The notes under the pieces were generated by a model. That model was not told the DNA's origin. It ran no database searches and saw only the letters and a program-made list of their open reading frames with translations. 64,000 bases of DNA from an uncultured Clostridia bacterium (GTDB taxonomy: Bacteria; Bacillota; Clostridia; TANB77; CAG-508), in the NCBI GenBank assembly GCA_944388765.1, contig CALXKA010000001.1:35871-99870 (forward strand), written 5' to 3'. Below, piece after piece: positions 29,564-39,539 of this stretch. Every line of letters starts with the position of its first letter. Within the stretch, counting starts at the first letter, position 1. A program made the translations under genes and the position numbers.

Positions 29564-30667
29564 TTATTTCATAAATTGTTCTTTTTTTAATCCTGTTATT
29601 TTAGATATTAGTTCTATGTCAAAATTTTCTTTTAGCATATTTTTAGCTATTGTTACAGCTTTTTTCATGCTACCCTCTATTCTCCCCTCTATTCTCCCCT
29701 CTATTTTACCTTCCATTTTACCTTCCATTTTACCTTCCATTCTTCCTTCAATTCTTCCTTCTTTAATACCTTTCTTTCTACCTTCTTTTAGTCCTTCTTC
29801 AATTGCTTGTTTTTTTATTCTTTCTGCATCTCTCTTTAATACCATTTGTGCATGTAGCATTCCTTCATCACCTTCCTTTCCTATTAATATTTCTTTTATC
29901 TTTTCTGTTTCTTCGTTTGTTAACCTATTCCCTAATAGATACTTTACCTCATTTGCAAATTCTTTTCTTTCTTCCTTTTCTTTTATGTATTTTGACATTT
30001 TTTCTATCACCTTAATTATTTCTTCTGTATTTTGCTTTCTTTCTATTACTGACATTCTTGCTATTGCTGTCCCTTCTTTTATTGCTTCTTCTTCATTTCT
30101 TATATCTATTAAATTATATCCTGTTATTACATCTATTCCTTTTAAATGTTTGAATTTTACTTGTAGTTCTTCTATTGTTTTTTTGGCTGTCCATTTTTCT
30201 TGTCCTGTGTATATTACTATCGGTATTATTGTTGGTATACCTACTTTTTCTATTTTACCTATTATGTCTCTCATTCTTGTTCTTATTATTTCTAAACTGT
30301 AACTAAGTATTCTATATGCCATTGATTCATCTACTTTTGTTTGATGTTCTATCAAAAAATATATTTCTTTATTCTTTATTTTATATACTACATCTGCCTC
30401 TATTTCTTTATATTCTTTTGTTATATACTTAGTATCATATTTCTCTATTTTTTCTTCTCCTATTTTTTTCTCTGGCATAATATATTTATTTACCAGTTTT
30501 ACTATTTCTTTTTTGTTGTTTAATATATTTCTAAATAACTTGTCATGTTTGTGATGATTGTTTTTTGATTCAAATCTATATGCTTCTGTTTCTTCACTTA
30601 AATAGTAATTTTTTGGTCTTAAAATTTCTTTTAATCTAAAATAATCATAAATTGTGTATGCTATCAA
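29564..30667 (-). CDS. Rpn-family recombination-promoting nuclease/putative transposase (PD-(D/E)XK, YhgA-like) with C-terminal pentapeptide-repeat tail
   Basis: 367 aa. N-terminal HDKLFRNIL... core typical of Rpn/transposase_31. C-terminus EGRIEGRMEGKMEGKMEGKIEGRIEGRIEG, encoded by 15-nt tandem repeats. Confidence 0.7.
   Translation of the reverse strand: MIAYTIYDYFRLKEILRPKNYYLSEETEAYRFESKNNHHKHDKLFRNILNNKKEIVKLVNKYIMPEKKIGEEKIEKYDTKYITKEYKEIEADVVYKIKNKEIYFLIEHQTKVDESMAYRILSYSLEIIRTRMRDIIGKIEKVGIPTIIPIVIYTGQEKWTAKKTIEELQVKFKHLKGIDVITGYNLIDIRNEEEAIKEGTAIARMSVIERKQNTEEIIKVIEKMSKYIKEKEERKEFANEVKYLLGNRLTNEETEKIKEILIGKEGDEGMLHAQMVLKRDAERIKKQAIEEGLKEGRKKGIKEGRIEGRMEGKMEGKMEGKIEGRIEGRIEGSMKKAVTIAKNMLKENFDIELISKITGLKKEQFMK
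29673..29800. repeat. Tandem 15-nt repeats (about eight copies) encoding the (I/M)EG(R/K) repeats of the Rpn-like protein
   Basis: Plus strand CTATTCTCCCCT / CCATTTTACCTT / CAATTCTTCCTT units. Confidence 0.6.
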
Positions 30668-30923
30668 TATATCATCTACCTTTCTTATTTTATCTTAGCA
30701 TTACCTTAAAATCAAATTTTATTTTGAAGTAAATTTGATGTTTTTTATATTACCTTCTATTTTTTTCTTAAAATTTCTTTTCATTTCTAATTATTTCTTT
30801 TTTGGGAATTTTTTGATTAAAATTTTTGAAATAAATATATTGTACAATATGTTTTTATATATACCATATTTTTCCAGTCAAGTCAATATTTAAAATATTT
30901 TATTTTTATAAAATTGCTAATAA

Positions 30924-31469
30924 ATGTGCTTTTATGATATACTTTATTTGGTGATTATTTTGGAAGTTTTATATAAGAATAGAACCTCATATTCTAAGGA
31001 AGTTTATGATAAATTTTTAGAATTTCATAGAAACAAATATAGTTTTAGATATAAATTATATAATATTATAATTATTGCTATAATTTTAGCTTGCATTATT
31101 TATTTAGTTTCTTATAATCTTTTTTCTACTGCTATTATTTTTTGTATTATTTTTGTTGTTTTTATTTTTTGTAGGTTTTTAAAACCTGCCTCTGATGTTA
31201 ATAAAGAATATAATAGCGAAGAAATAAAGAATTCGACAACATATACTTTTACTTTTTATGATAAATATTTCACTATAAGCGATAATAAACTATATAATAA
31301 AGTTAAATATTATAAACTTCATAGGATTTTTTATACAGAAAAATATTATTATTTATATATTGATAAAACTCATGCTTTTTTAATTGATAAATCTAAATTT
31401 ATAAAAGGTGATTATAAAGATTTTTATAAATTTATTAAAACAAAAAATTTAAAACTTCTAATCTTTTAA
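30924..31469 (+). CDS. YcxB-like membrane protein
   Basis: 181 aa. Two TM helices followed by a YxFxF...YYYLYI..AF(L/I)I pattern typical of the YcxB-like family. Confidence 0.5.
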   Translation: MCFYDILYLVIILEVLYKNRTSYSKEVYDKFLEFHRNKYSFRYKLYNIIIIAIILACIIYLVSYNLFSTAIIFCIIFVVFIFCRFLKPASDVNKEYNSEEIKNSTTYTFTFYDKYFTISDNKLYNKVKYYKLHRIFYTEKYYYLYIDKTHAFLIDKSKFIKGDYKDFYKFIKTKNLKLLIF

Positions 31470-31470
31470 A

Positions 31471-31499
31471 ACAGCTTTTGAAATATCAAGAGCTGTTTT
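31471..31499 (+). terminator. Rho-independent terminator
   Basis: AACAGCTTTTG..AAGAGCTGTTTT hairpin immediately after the stop of the YcxB-like gene. Confidence 0.5.
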
Positions 31500-31693
31500 A
31501 ATTTCCTGTGCTTCTATATTTATTTAAGGCTATATTCCATAGTTTAATCGCTATTACTCATAAAACAATAGCAATTATTGATATAATTACAATTTCCATA
31601 ACTTACTCCTTATTATACAATAGTCTTTACTTTTTACTGATATATTTTACTATAATTATTACATTTTTTCAATGATATTTTACAAACAAATAT

Positions 31694-31721
31694 TTGACAT
31701 TTTATTTTTTTGTGATATAAT
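31694..31721 (+). promoter_or_regulatory. Sigma-A promoter with extended -10 upstream of the radical-SAM gene
   Basis: TTGACA (31694..31699), 16-nt spacer, TGaTATAAT (31713..31721). Directly downstream TGTACAAATGTTCG matches 11 of 14 positions of a Cheo box. Confidence 0.55.
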
Positions 31722-31754
31722 GTGTACAAATGTTCGCAATTAGGAGTGGCTGTT

Positions 31755-33113
31755 ATGGATATATATGATAAGTTGAAAATACTAGCAGATTCAGCTAAAT
31801 ATGATGCCTCTTGTAGTTCTAGTGGAAGTAATAGAAAAAATGTAAATAATGGTATTGGCAATGGTCATGTTTCTGGTATTTGTCATAGCTGGGGTGCAGA
31901 TGGTAGATGTATTTCTTTACTTAAAATTTTAATGACTAATTCATGTATGTATGATTGTAAATATTGTGTTAATCGTGCTACAAATTCCATTAGAAGAGCT
32001 ACATTCACTCCACAAGAAATTGCTGATTTAACGATTAATTTTTATAAAAGAAATTATATAGAAGGCTTATTTTTAAGTTCTGCTGTTATAAAGTCACCTG
32101 ACTATACTATGGAAATGTTAGTTAAAACTGTAACTATTTTAAGAAACGAATACAATTTTAATGGTTATATTCATTGCAAGACAATTCCTGGTTGTAGTCA
32201 AGAATTAATTGATAGTTTAGGTAGTTTAGTTGATAGAATGAGTATTAATATAGAGCTCCCTTCTAATGATAGTCTAAAATTACTTGCTCCTCAAAAAGAG
32301 AAAACAGGTATCTTAAAACCAATGAGTTATATTTCTAATAATATTGAGCAAAATAGATTAATTAAATCTAGATTTAAACCTAAATTTGTACCAGCTGGTC
32401 AGACTACTCAAATGATTATTGGTGCAACTCCTGAAAGTGATTTGAAGATTTTAAAACTTTCAGAAGGATTGTATCAAAAACTCAAATTAAAAAGAGTATA
32501 TTATTCTGCATATGTAAGTGTAAATAATGATAAGAATTTGCCTACACTAGAATCCCCTCCTTTGCTTCGTGAAAATAGGCTTTATCAAGCTGATTGGTTA
32601 TTACGTTTTTATGGTTTTAAAGCTGATGAACTTTTAAATAAAAGTCATCCAAATTTTAATCATATATTAGATCCTAAATGTGATTGGGCACTAAGAAATA
32701 TTGATAAATTTCCTATTGAAATAAATACTGCTAATTATTTTACTTTACTTAGAATCCCTGGTATAGGAATTATATCTGCAAAAAAAATTATTAAAGCAAG
32801 ATTGAACTTTTTATTAAATTTTGATGATCTGAAAAAATTAGGTGTTGTTTTGAAAAGAGCTAAATATTTTATAACATGTAAAGGAAAATATTTTGATAAA
32901 GTATATAAATTTAATCAAAATTTTATCGAAACAAATTTAATCTATCAAGAAAGAATTGACAGTAATAGAAAGATAAATTTTGAACAATTATCACTTTTTA
33001 GTAATAGTTATGATAATAATTATAGTTATTTAACAAAAGAAAAATCTTTATTATTTAAAAGATTACAACCTACAAAGGAGGATAAAATAAAATGTCTAAC
33101 TGGAAGCTTATAA
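31755..33113 (+). CDS. Putative DNA modification/repair radical-SAM protein (TIGR03916-like) with C-terminal helix-hairpin-helix
   Basis: CxxxCxxC cluster CMYDCKYC. HhH segment LLRIPGIGIISAKKIIKAR. Start chosen at MDIYDKL (RBS AGGAGTGG); the ORF track begins at 31722. Confidence 0.75.
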   Translation: MDIYDKLKILADSAKYDASCSSSGSNRKNVNNGIGNGHVSGICHSWGADGRCISLLKILMTNSCMYDCKYCVNRATNSIRRATFTPQEIADLTINFYKRNYIEGLFLSSAVIKSPDYTMEMLVKTVTILRNEYNFNGYIHCKTIPGCSQELIDSLGSLVDRMSINIELPSNDSLKLLAPQKEKTGILKPMSYISNNIEQNRLIKSRFKPKFVPAGQTTQMIIGATPESDLKILKLSEGLYQKLKLKRVYYSAYVSVNNDKNLPTLESPPLLRENRLYQADWLLRFYGFKADELLNKSHPNFNHILDPKCDWALRNIDKFPIEINTANYFTLLRIPGIGIISAKKIIKARLNFLLNFDDLKKLGVVLKRAKYFITCKGKYFDKVYKFNQNFIETNLIYQERIDSNRKINFEQLSLFSNSYDNNYSYLTKEKSLLFKRLQPTKEDKIKCLTGSL

Positions 33114-33853
33114 ATAAAACATATGTATATGATGGAAGTTTTGATGGTTTTTTAACTATTGTTTTTGATTCATATTCTAATAAGGTCTTACCTCAAAAGA
33201 TTTATAGTTACAAAGATTATGTAGAAAATTTTTTAGATAAGGTCTTGTATATAAAAACAGATTATGAAAAGTCAAAAAGAGTTTTTAATGGTATTGAAAA
33301 AAATATTTGTTATGAATCTTTATATAATAGCTACAATGCTTTTCTTTCAAATGAAAAAGATAAAGAAATACATATATTAAAATATTTGTGTAATGGATTT
33401 GATGTTGGTCCTAAGATAAATAATATGATTACTACTTCTTATGTTTTTAAAGTAATTAATATGAGAAGAAAGGCCTTAGCAGAATGTCATAAATTAAAAG
33501 GATTGTTACGTTTTCAAGAAATTGGCAATAATCTTTGTTATTCAAGTATTCATCCTGATAATAATATTCTTGAACCTTTGGGGCATCATTTTATTAATCG
33601 ATTGCCTTCTATGAATTTTATTATTCATGATAAAATTAGGGATCTTTGCTTTATATATAATTGTAAAGAATATAAAATTGTTGATAGTAAAAATTTGAAA
33701 ATATCAGAGATATCAGATGATGAAAAGATTTATCAAGATTTGTGGAAAATATTTTTTAAAACCATTGCTATTAAAGAAAGGAAAAATTCTAGATGTCAAA
33801 TGCAATATATGCCTAAGAAATATTGGAAAGATTTAATTGAAATGTCAAATTAG
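33092..33853 (+). CDS. DUF4130-domain protein (TIGR03915-like), usual partner of the DNA-repair radical-SAM protein
   Basis: 253 aa. Overlaps the upstream gene by 22 nt, indicating translational coupling. The partner identification rests on this pairing and on family resemblance. Confidence 0.6.
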   Translation: MSNWKLINKTYVYDGSFDGFLTIVFDSYSNKVLPQKIYSYKDYVENFLDKVLYIKTDYEKSKRVFNGIEKNICYESLYNSYNAFLSNEKDKEIHILKYLCNGFDVGPKINNMITTSYVFKVINMRRKALAECHKLKGLLRFQEIGNNLCYSSIHPDNNILEPLGHHFINRLPSMNFIIHDKIRDLCFIYNCKEYKIVDSKNLKISEISDDEKIYQDLWKIFFKTIAIKERKNSRCQMQYMPKKYWKDLIEMSN

Positions 33854-33886
33854 ATATATTTTCTTTTGGTTATTTTTATGTAAAAG

Positions 33887-33919
33887 AGACACATTTCAAA
33901 TTAAAATGTGTCTTTTTTT
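33887..33919. terminator. Bidirectional terminator between convergent genes
   Basis: AGACACAT..ATGTGTCT hairpin with T-runs on both strands. Confidence 0.5.
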
Positions 33920-34793
33920 ATAAAACCTGATTCTCCATAAAATTAACAACAACTTCACCTATTCCTGCATCTATTTTAACTTTTTGATTACCATTTCCAA
34001 TCATTTGCTCTTTTTCTACTCTTTGATTGTCTATTACTACTCTACCTATCCCAACTGATGGTCTAATCATGTAGTTTTCTTTACTTCCTAATAAGTTTAA
34101 TTCTAATCTTCCAACTCCTGAATTTATGTCTGCTGTATCTAATATTTCGGCTGTTATTATAGTACTACCAATACCTGCATCTAATTCCAATCTATTTGTT
34201 TTAGAATTTTCAACAATTGTTTCTCCTGCTCCTCCTTCAATATCTAACTGTTCTGTTATAATATTTTTTATTATGCATCTTCCTCCACCAGTTTCTATTT
34301 TGGCTTTCTTAGCATTTAATTTTTCAATATTTACATCATTTATACTTACATTTAAATTAACATTTTCAAATTCTTGATTTTGTGGAATATATATTGTAAT
34401 TTCTGGAACTATATTTCTGTTTTTTAAAAAATTTATACTAACATTTTTATCATCATCTATTTTTAATTCATTTCCAAGTTGTTTGCAATACATTTTATTA
34501 CTAGTATTTTTCATTTCTACTTTTATTTTATCTGTTAATGTTTCGTCATTTTGTATATTTAATTTACACATACCTAATTCAATGTTAAGTTTTTCTATTC
34601 CTGTATATTCATAATTTACACTTTCTATAACTGTTTGGTTATTATTATTAAAACTTTCTTCAATAGCATTCATACCAACAGTTATTCCAAATATTGTAGT
34701 TATTGCAAGGATTATGGCACTAATAATTATTACACATAAATATGCTCCAAATGCAATTGCTCCATATTTAATTATTTTCTGAAATGTTGTCAT
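33918..34793 (-). CDS. DUF4097 (LiaG-like putative adhesin beta-repeat) membrane-anchored protein
   Basis: 291 aa. N-terminal TM helix. Repeated D(A/I)G(I/V)G...(I/V) beta-strand motifs. Confidence 0.6.
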   Translation of the reverse strand: MTTFQKIIKYGAIAFGAYLCVIIISAIILAITTIFGITVGMNAIEESFNNNNQTVIESVNYEYTGIEKLNIELGMCKLNIQNDETLTDKIKVEMKNTSNKMYCKQLGNELKIDDDKNVSINFLKNRNIVPEITIYIPQNQEFENVNLNVSINDVNIEKLNAKKAKIETGGGRCIIKNIITEQLDIEGGAGETIVENSKTNRLELDAGIGSTIITAEILDTADINSGVGRLELNLLGSKENYMIRPSVGIGRVVIDNQRVEKEQMIGNGNQKVKIDAGIGEVVVNFMENQVL

Positions 34794-35473
34794 TTTATTT
34801 CAACACCTCCAAACATGCAAAAAGTATTGATATATATGGTTGGTAGGTTTTCATTATATTCTGCTTTTACCTTATTGCTTACTCCTCCAAATATTGGTGT
34901 TGATTTAACTTTTATATTAACTCCACTTGGAACTAAAATATCTATTCCTCCAAATACAGCTGTTGCATTTATTATTTGATCTTTTGTTATATTGGAATTG
35001 CTTAAATTTATATCTACACTTCCAAAAATAGCATCTATGTTTGCTCCTTTAAATTCTTGACCTGAAAAGTTAATATTTTGTGATCCAAATGTAGCACAAT
35101 ATTCCTCATTATTTTGATTTTCATTATTCATCTTTTTTACTTTTTCTTTTATTTTTTTTCCTGTCATATCCTTAAATATTAAGGATAATCCTATTACTAC
35201 TAATATAAATGGAAATATTAGCTTTACAATTAGAGAAAATGATAAAATATTTTGAGCACATAGTAATAGTATTATTCCTATTACTAACCATATGAAGCTC
35301 CATAATTTACTGTCATTTTTTATTAATCCTATTAAACTTGGTATTATAATTATTAATGTCCACCAACCTTTGAAGAATATATTTATATTAGTAATACCTA
35401 TTGCATTTAATCCTATTATTACTCCTAATACAATTAGTACTAATCCCCATAAAATATTTCCTAATTTTTTCAT
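34790..35473 (-). CDS. LiaF-like membrane protein (cell-wall-active antibiotic response, DUF2154 C-terminal domain)
   Basis: 227 aa. Four N-terminal TM helices. C-terminal FGS..INFS..AIFGSVDI..VFGGIDI repeat pattern. Confidence 0.55.
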   Translation of the reverse strand: MKKLGNILWGLVLIVLGVIIGLNAIGITNINIFFKGWWTLIIIIPSLIGLIKNDSKLWSFIWLVIGIILLLCAQNILSFSLIVKLIFPFILVVIGLSLIFKDMTGKKIKEKVKKMNNENQNNEEYCATFGSQNINFSGQEFKGANIDAIFGSVDINLSNSNITKDQIINATAVFGGIDILVPSGVNIKVKSTPIFGGVSNKVKAEYNENLPTIYINTFCMFGGVEIK

Positions 35474-35485
35474 AAATACTCTCCT

Positions 35486-36289
35486 TTATATTTCAATTAA
35501 TTCTCTTATAAATTCTCCTAAATTTTCTTCATCTTTTAATACTATATCAAATTTAGTATTATATAGTCTTAGATTTTCTTCGTTTTCCATCTCTTTTGTT
35601 AATATTCCTATTGTTAATGTCTTATTTAAATCATCCTTATCTACCATTTTTATATCTTCGATCAAATCGCCTACTAATATTTTATATTTTTTGTTTTCAA
35701 TTTTTTTCTTGGATTCATTTGGTAAGTGTCCATTAATAGTTTTGTTTAATGAATGTATTATTTTGGAATTGTCAAATTTCTTAACATTTCCTTTTTTATC
35801 AAATTCTATAAAATTACTTATTATATACATAGTATCATCAAAATAGCAATCATTATCTTTTAGAAACTGTTCAATTGTATTTCCTATTCCTGCTGATAAG
35901 ATTATAACTGGTACATTTTGTTTATGTAATGATATTAATAGCTCTTTAACACCTTTTCTAAATTTTATATTACTACTTTTTATAGATTCTTCTATTTTAT
36001 TTTTTGTTAGTTTGTAATTATAATACAAATTCATACATTCTGAATACCATATTTCCATTTGTTTTAATTTTTCCTGTTTACTTATATTATAATCCATTTC
36101 TATTGGTCTGTATTTTTCATATAACTTGTCTATATCATTTTTTATTTCTTTTCCAACTATCTTAGGATTTGCAACTGCTGCCCAAGAATCATCCCCTTCA
36201 CAACAAGTTATAGTTTTATCGAAGTCTATTAATAGATATGTGTTTTCTTTATTTATTTTAAATTCTTTGTCAGTATTTATATGTATCAT
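35486..36289 (-). CDS. HAD-superfamily hydrolase, eukaryotic-type pyrimidine 5'-nucleotidase (UMPH-1) family
   Basis: DFDKTIT motif I and SAGIGN motif. Start taken at MIHINTD; the ORF track starts 75 nt upstream. Confidence 0.55.
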   Translation of the reverse strand: MIHINTDKEFKINKENTYLLIDFDKTITCCEGDDSWAAVANPKIVGKEIKNDIDKLYEKYRPIEMDYNISKQEKLKQMEIWYSECMNLYYNYKLTKNKIEESIKSSNIKFRKGVKELLISLHKQNVPVIILSAGIGNTIEQFLKDNDCYFDDTMYIISNFIEFDKKGNVKKFDNSKIIHSLNKTINGHLPNESKKKIENKKYKILVGDLIEDIKMVDKDDLNKTLTIGILTKEMENEENLRLYNTKFDIVLKDEENLGEFIRELIEI

Positions 36290-36368
36290 ATGTCCTCCTA
36301 TAATTTTTTTAATTTTAACATATAGTACAAAAAAATAAAAGTGTTTTGTCACTTTTATTTTCATAATA

Positions 36369-37552
36369 TTATTTTAAAATTTCATTCATCACCTTTGCTA
36401 GATATTTCATACTAGTTAAACATTGTTCTAATGTATTTCCAGTAGCTCCTACTTCTATTATACTTGCATATTTTCCTGTGTGCTGATTATATCTTGACTC
36501 TGTTAACATTATTGGCTTAAATAGTCCGTGGATACATTTCTTCTGCTTTTTCTTGTATTTTTATTGCAAATTTTAGATTTTGGTTCCAGTTTGGATGCCA
36601 TAATCCTCCTGCATTTGTTCCTATTACAAACATGATTTGTGCAGCTATATCATTTTCTCCAATTTTTACAGTAGGTGCATAGTCACTTCTTGAACCTATT
36701 GCATCTCTATGTACATCTATAATTATATCAGAAGGTGTTGTTTGTAGAATGTTTTCTACTGTTTTTAGAGATCTTGTATATGATCCGTTATATGCTGGAT
36801 AATCATGATAATCTGTATTATGTATTACATTATAGTTATATTGTTTTAATTGATTTTCTAATTCGGTCCCAACTCTTGTTACTGTAAAATTCAAATCTGT
36901 TGTTCTATAATTTCCTGTTGCAGTATATGTATATGCATCACTTGATGTATAGCTCTCACAGCTATGTGTATGAAATAATACTATATTTTTGTTTTCTATT
37001 GTAATATCTGGTGTTAACATTTCTTGTGTTAACTGATAATTCGTTTCATTTTTTATTTTTACCTTTCCATATTCAGTATTATAAGTTTCTTTTATAGGAT
37101 TATTAGTTATTACTTCCGTTTTAACTCCTGCTTCTTCTATTCCGAATACTTCGATCTATTTCTTGTACATTAATACTTTCTTGTGTACTATTTACATTGT
37201 TTATATTTTCCGTTGTTTCTTGATTTTCATTGCTTTCCATCCCTTGTATAGAACTTATTTGTGTTTTTAATATTCCTTGTAACAAATCTTCTTTACTATG
37301 ATCATCTTCTTTTGCAATTTCACTATATTCTTTATTTATATTAGCCATTGTTGGTACTACTTGTTCAAAACAACTCAGTAAACTTTGTTCAGATATCATA
37401 CTGATACTATTTTCAACTTTGTTTACTATTTTTTCTTCATTTTTATTGTTTTGGAATTGCTTACTTACAAACACTATAATTAATATTGTTATTATTATAC
37501 CTATTATGTATTTTATAATATCTTTCATCTTTAATATAGTAACATTAAACAT
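36369..37552 (-). pseudogene. spoIIP: Stage II sporulation protein P, interrupted by two +1 frameshifts at 37141-37144 and 36525-36528
   Basis: Three fragments: N-terminal TM plus linker (37121..37552), catalytic core LFHTHSCESY...MYPRTI (36517..37020), and an unannotated C-terminus GLFKPIMLTESRYNQHTGKYASIIEVGATGNTLEQ (36369..36530). Removing one C from CGGA on the coding strand at each site restores a single reading frame. Confidence 0.75.
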
Positions 37553-37642
37553 ATTTTTCTCCTTGGCTTAACTCTACTATATTATATATATGCTTTTATT
37601 ACATTTTTATTCTTATTTAAATAAACATCTTTTAACTAAAAC

Positions 37643-37672
37643 AAAAAAATACCCTGAATATATTTTCAGGAT
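37643..37672 (-). terminator. Rho-independent terminator after the 112-aa membrane protein gene
   Basis: Minus-strand RNA CCCUGAAAAUAUAUUCAGGG followed by a U-run. Confidence 0.5.
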
Positions 37673-37674
37673 AT

Positions 37675-38013
37675 TTATACTTTTTTCCAAAACCAATCTA
37701 GACTATTATCGATACTTTTTTTACCGCTAGTTTTTGCTTCAATATCATCAACCCATAAATATGAGAAAAATGTTATTAGTATAAATACAAAATCAATTGC
37801 TATACATCTTGATAAAGTTGAAATCATATATCTAAATTCCTCTGATAATGTTGCAACTTGTGCTACATGCATAATTAATATTACTAAATATGCAAATAAC
37901 ATTATTGCTGCTACGTAACTTTTTTTAACTTCTTGTGCTAGAAATATTAATAGTACCGTTGCTGCTAACATTAATATTAGCGTTAATGGATTTGAAATAT
38001 CAAAAATAAACAT
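37675..38013 (-). CDS. Small membrane protein (three TM helices), hypothetical
   Basis: 112 aa, hydrophobic segments. No recognisable domain. Confidence 0.4.
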   Translation of the reverse strand: MFIFDISNPLTLILMLAATVLLIFLAQEVKKSYVAAIMLFAYLVILIMHVAQVATLSEEFRYMISTLSRCIAIDFVFILITFFSYLWVDDIEAKTSGKKSIDNSLDWFWKKV

Positions 38014-38131
38014 TTTAATTCCCCCATTTTTCTTCTGTTTGTTATGTTATAGTAATATTATCACTATTTTTGTTTTTTATCAATCTTTTTTATATTACTT
38101 TTTTGTTACAAAAGTATTACAATCTACTTTT

Positions 38132-39496
38132 TTATTTCAATCTTTCTTCAATTAAGCTTGCAATTTCTTCTGCCTTTTTCGTAATATATTTCTGGTCTTC
38201 TCCTTCTATCATAACTCTAACTAATGGTTCTGTGCCTGATGGTCTAATTAATACTCTTCCATTTCCAGCAAATTCCTTTTCTAACTTTTCAATTGCTTCT
38301 TTTATTAATTCATCTTTTTCATAATCATATTTTTTATTTGCATTTACTTTTGCATTAACAAGTATTTGAGGATATAGTTTAACCATATCTCCTAATTCAG
38401 AAGCTTTTTTATTTTCTTCTAATATTGTTTGTATTAACATTAAAGATGTTAGTATTCCATCACCTGTTGGATTATAGTCTAATAAAATAACATGGCCTGA
38501 TTGTTCTCCTCCTAAATTGAATCCATCTTTTAGCATTTCTTCTAAAACATATCTATCTCCAACTTTTGTTTGTAATAGTTCTAATCCATTATCTCTTGCA
38601 TATTTATTTAATCCTAAATTACTCATGACTGTTGCAACTATTGTATCTTTATTTAATTTTCCTTTTTTTCTTAAATTATTAGAAATAATAGCTAATAGTT
38701 TGTCTCCATCGATTTCATTTCCTTTTTCATCAATGGCTAAACAACGATCTCCATCTCCATCATATGCAATTCCTAGACTTAATTTATTTTCAAGTACAAA
38801 TTTCTTTAATCCTTCTAGATGTGTAGATCCACAATTTTCATTTATATTTATTCCATTTGGATGATTGTTTATAATTTTATATGGGATTCCTAATACTTTA
38901 AATACTTTTTCTGCAACAACTGATGTTGCTCCATTTGCTGTATCTATTCCTACTATAAAATCTTTTTTCATATTTTCTTGTATACTGTCATCAAATCTTT
39001 TTCTGAAAAAATATACATATTCATCCATTAATTCAAGGGCATATTCTGAAACTCCTATTTTATCATTAACCGCTGTTAATTTGTCTAATTTTCCAGATTC
39101 CATAACTTCTTCTATTTCTTCTTCTAATGTATCTGGAATTTTCATTCCTTTGTTACTAAAATATTTTATTCCGTTAAATTCATATGTATTATGTGATGCA
39201 GATATAACAACACTTGCATCAGCATTTAATTTTCTTGTCAAATATGCTACTGCTGGTGTTGGTATTACTCCTAGTAATTTTACATTTGCGCCATAGCTTA
39301 AAAAGCCTGCAACCATTGCACTTTCAATTAATGTACCAGAAATACGTGTATCTCTCCCAATTAATATTGTTGGTGTATGATCTGTATGCTTTGATAATAC
39401 ATATGCTCCTGCTTTTGCAACTTTATATACTAGTTCTGGTGATAGTTCGGTATTTGCAATTCTTCTTATTCCGTCAGTTCCAAAATATTTTCTCAT
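38132..39496 (-). CDS. glmM: Phosphoglucosamine mutase
   Basis: 454 aa. Active-site SASHNT; GlmM family. Confidence 0.9.
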   Translation of the reverse strand: MRKYFGTDGIRRIANTELSPELVYKVAKAGAYVLSKHTDHTPTILIGRDTRISGTLIESAMVAGFLSYGANVKLLGVIPTPAVAYLTRKLNADASVVISASHNTYEFNGIKYFSNKGMKIPDTLEEEIEEVMESGKLDKLTAVNDKIGVSEYALELMDEYVYFFRKRFDDSIQENMKKDFIVGIDTANGATSVVAEKVFKVLGIPYKIINNHPNGININENCGSTHLEGLKKFVLENKLSLGIAYDGDGDRCLAIDEKGNEIDGDKLLAIISNNLRKKGKLNKDTIVATVMSNLGLNKYARDNGLELLQTKVGDRYVLEEMLKDGFNLGGEQSGHVILLDYNPTGDGILTSLMLIQTILEENKKASELGDMVKLYPQILVNAKVNANKKYDYEKDELIKEAIEKLEKEFAGNGRVLIRPSGTEPLVRVMIEGEDQKYITKKAEEIASLIEERLK

Positions 39497-39539
39497 AGTT
39501 TTCTACTTCCTTTCATTTAATTCATATTAAAATATATGT

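Noticed and set aside
30668-30923. 256-bp non-coding AT-rich region with short inverted repeats upstream of the Rpn-like and YcxB-like genes
   Set aside because: Looks like a divergent promoter region. No convincing riboswitch, sRNA or mobile-element terminus could be supported from sequence alone.
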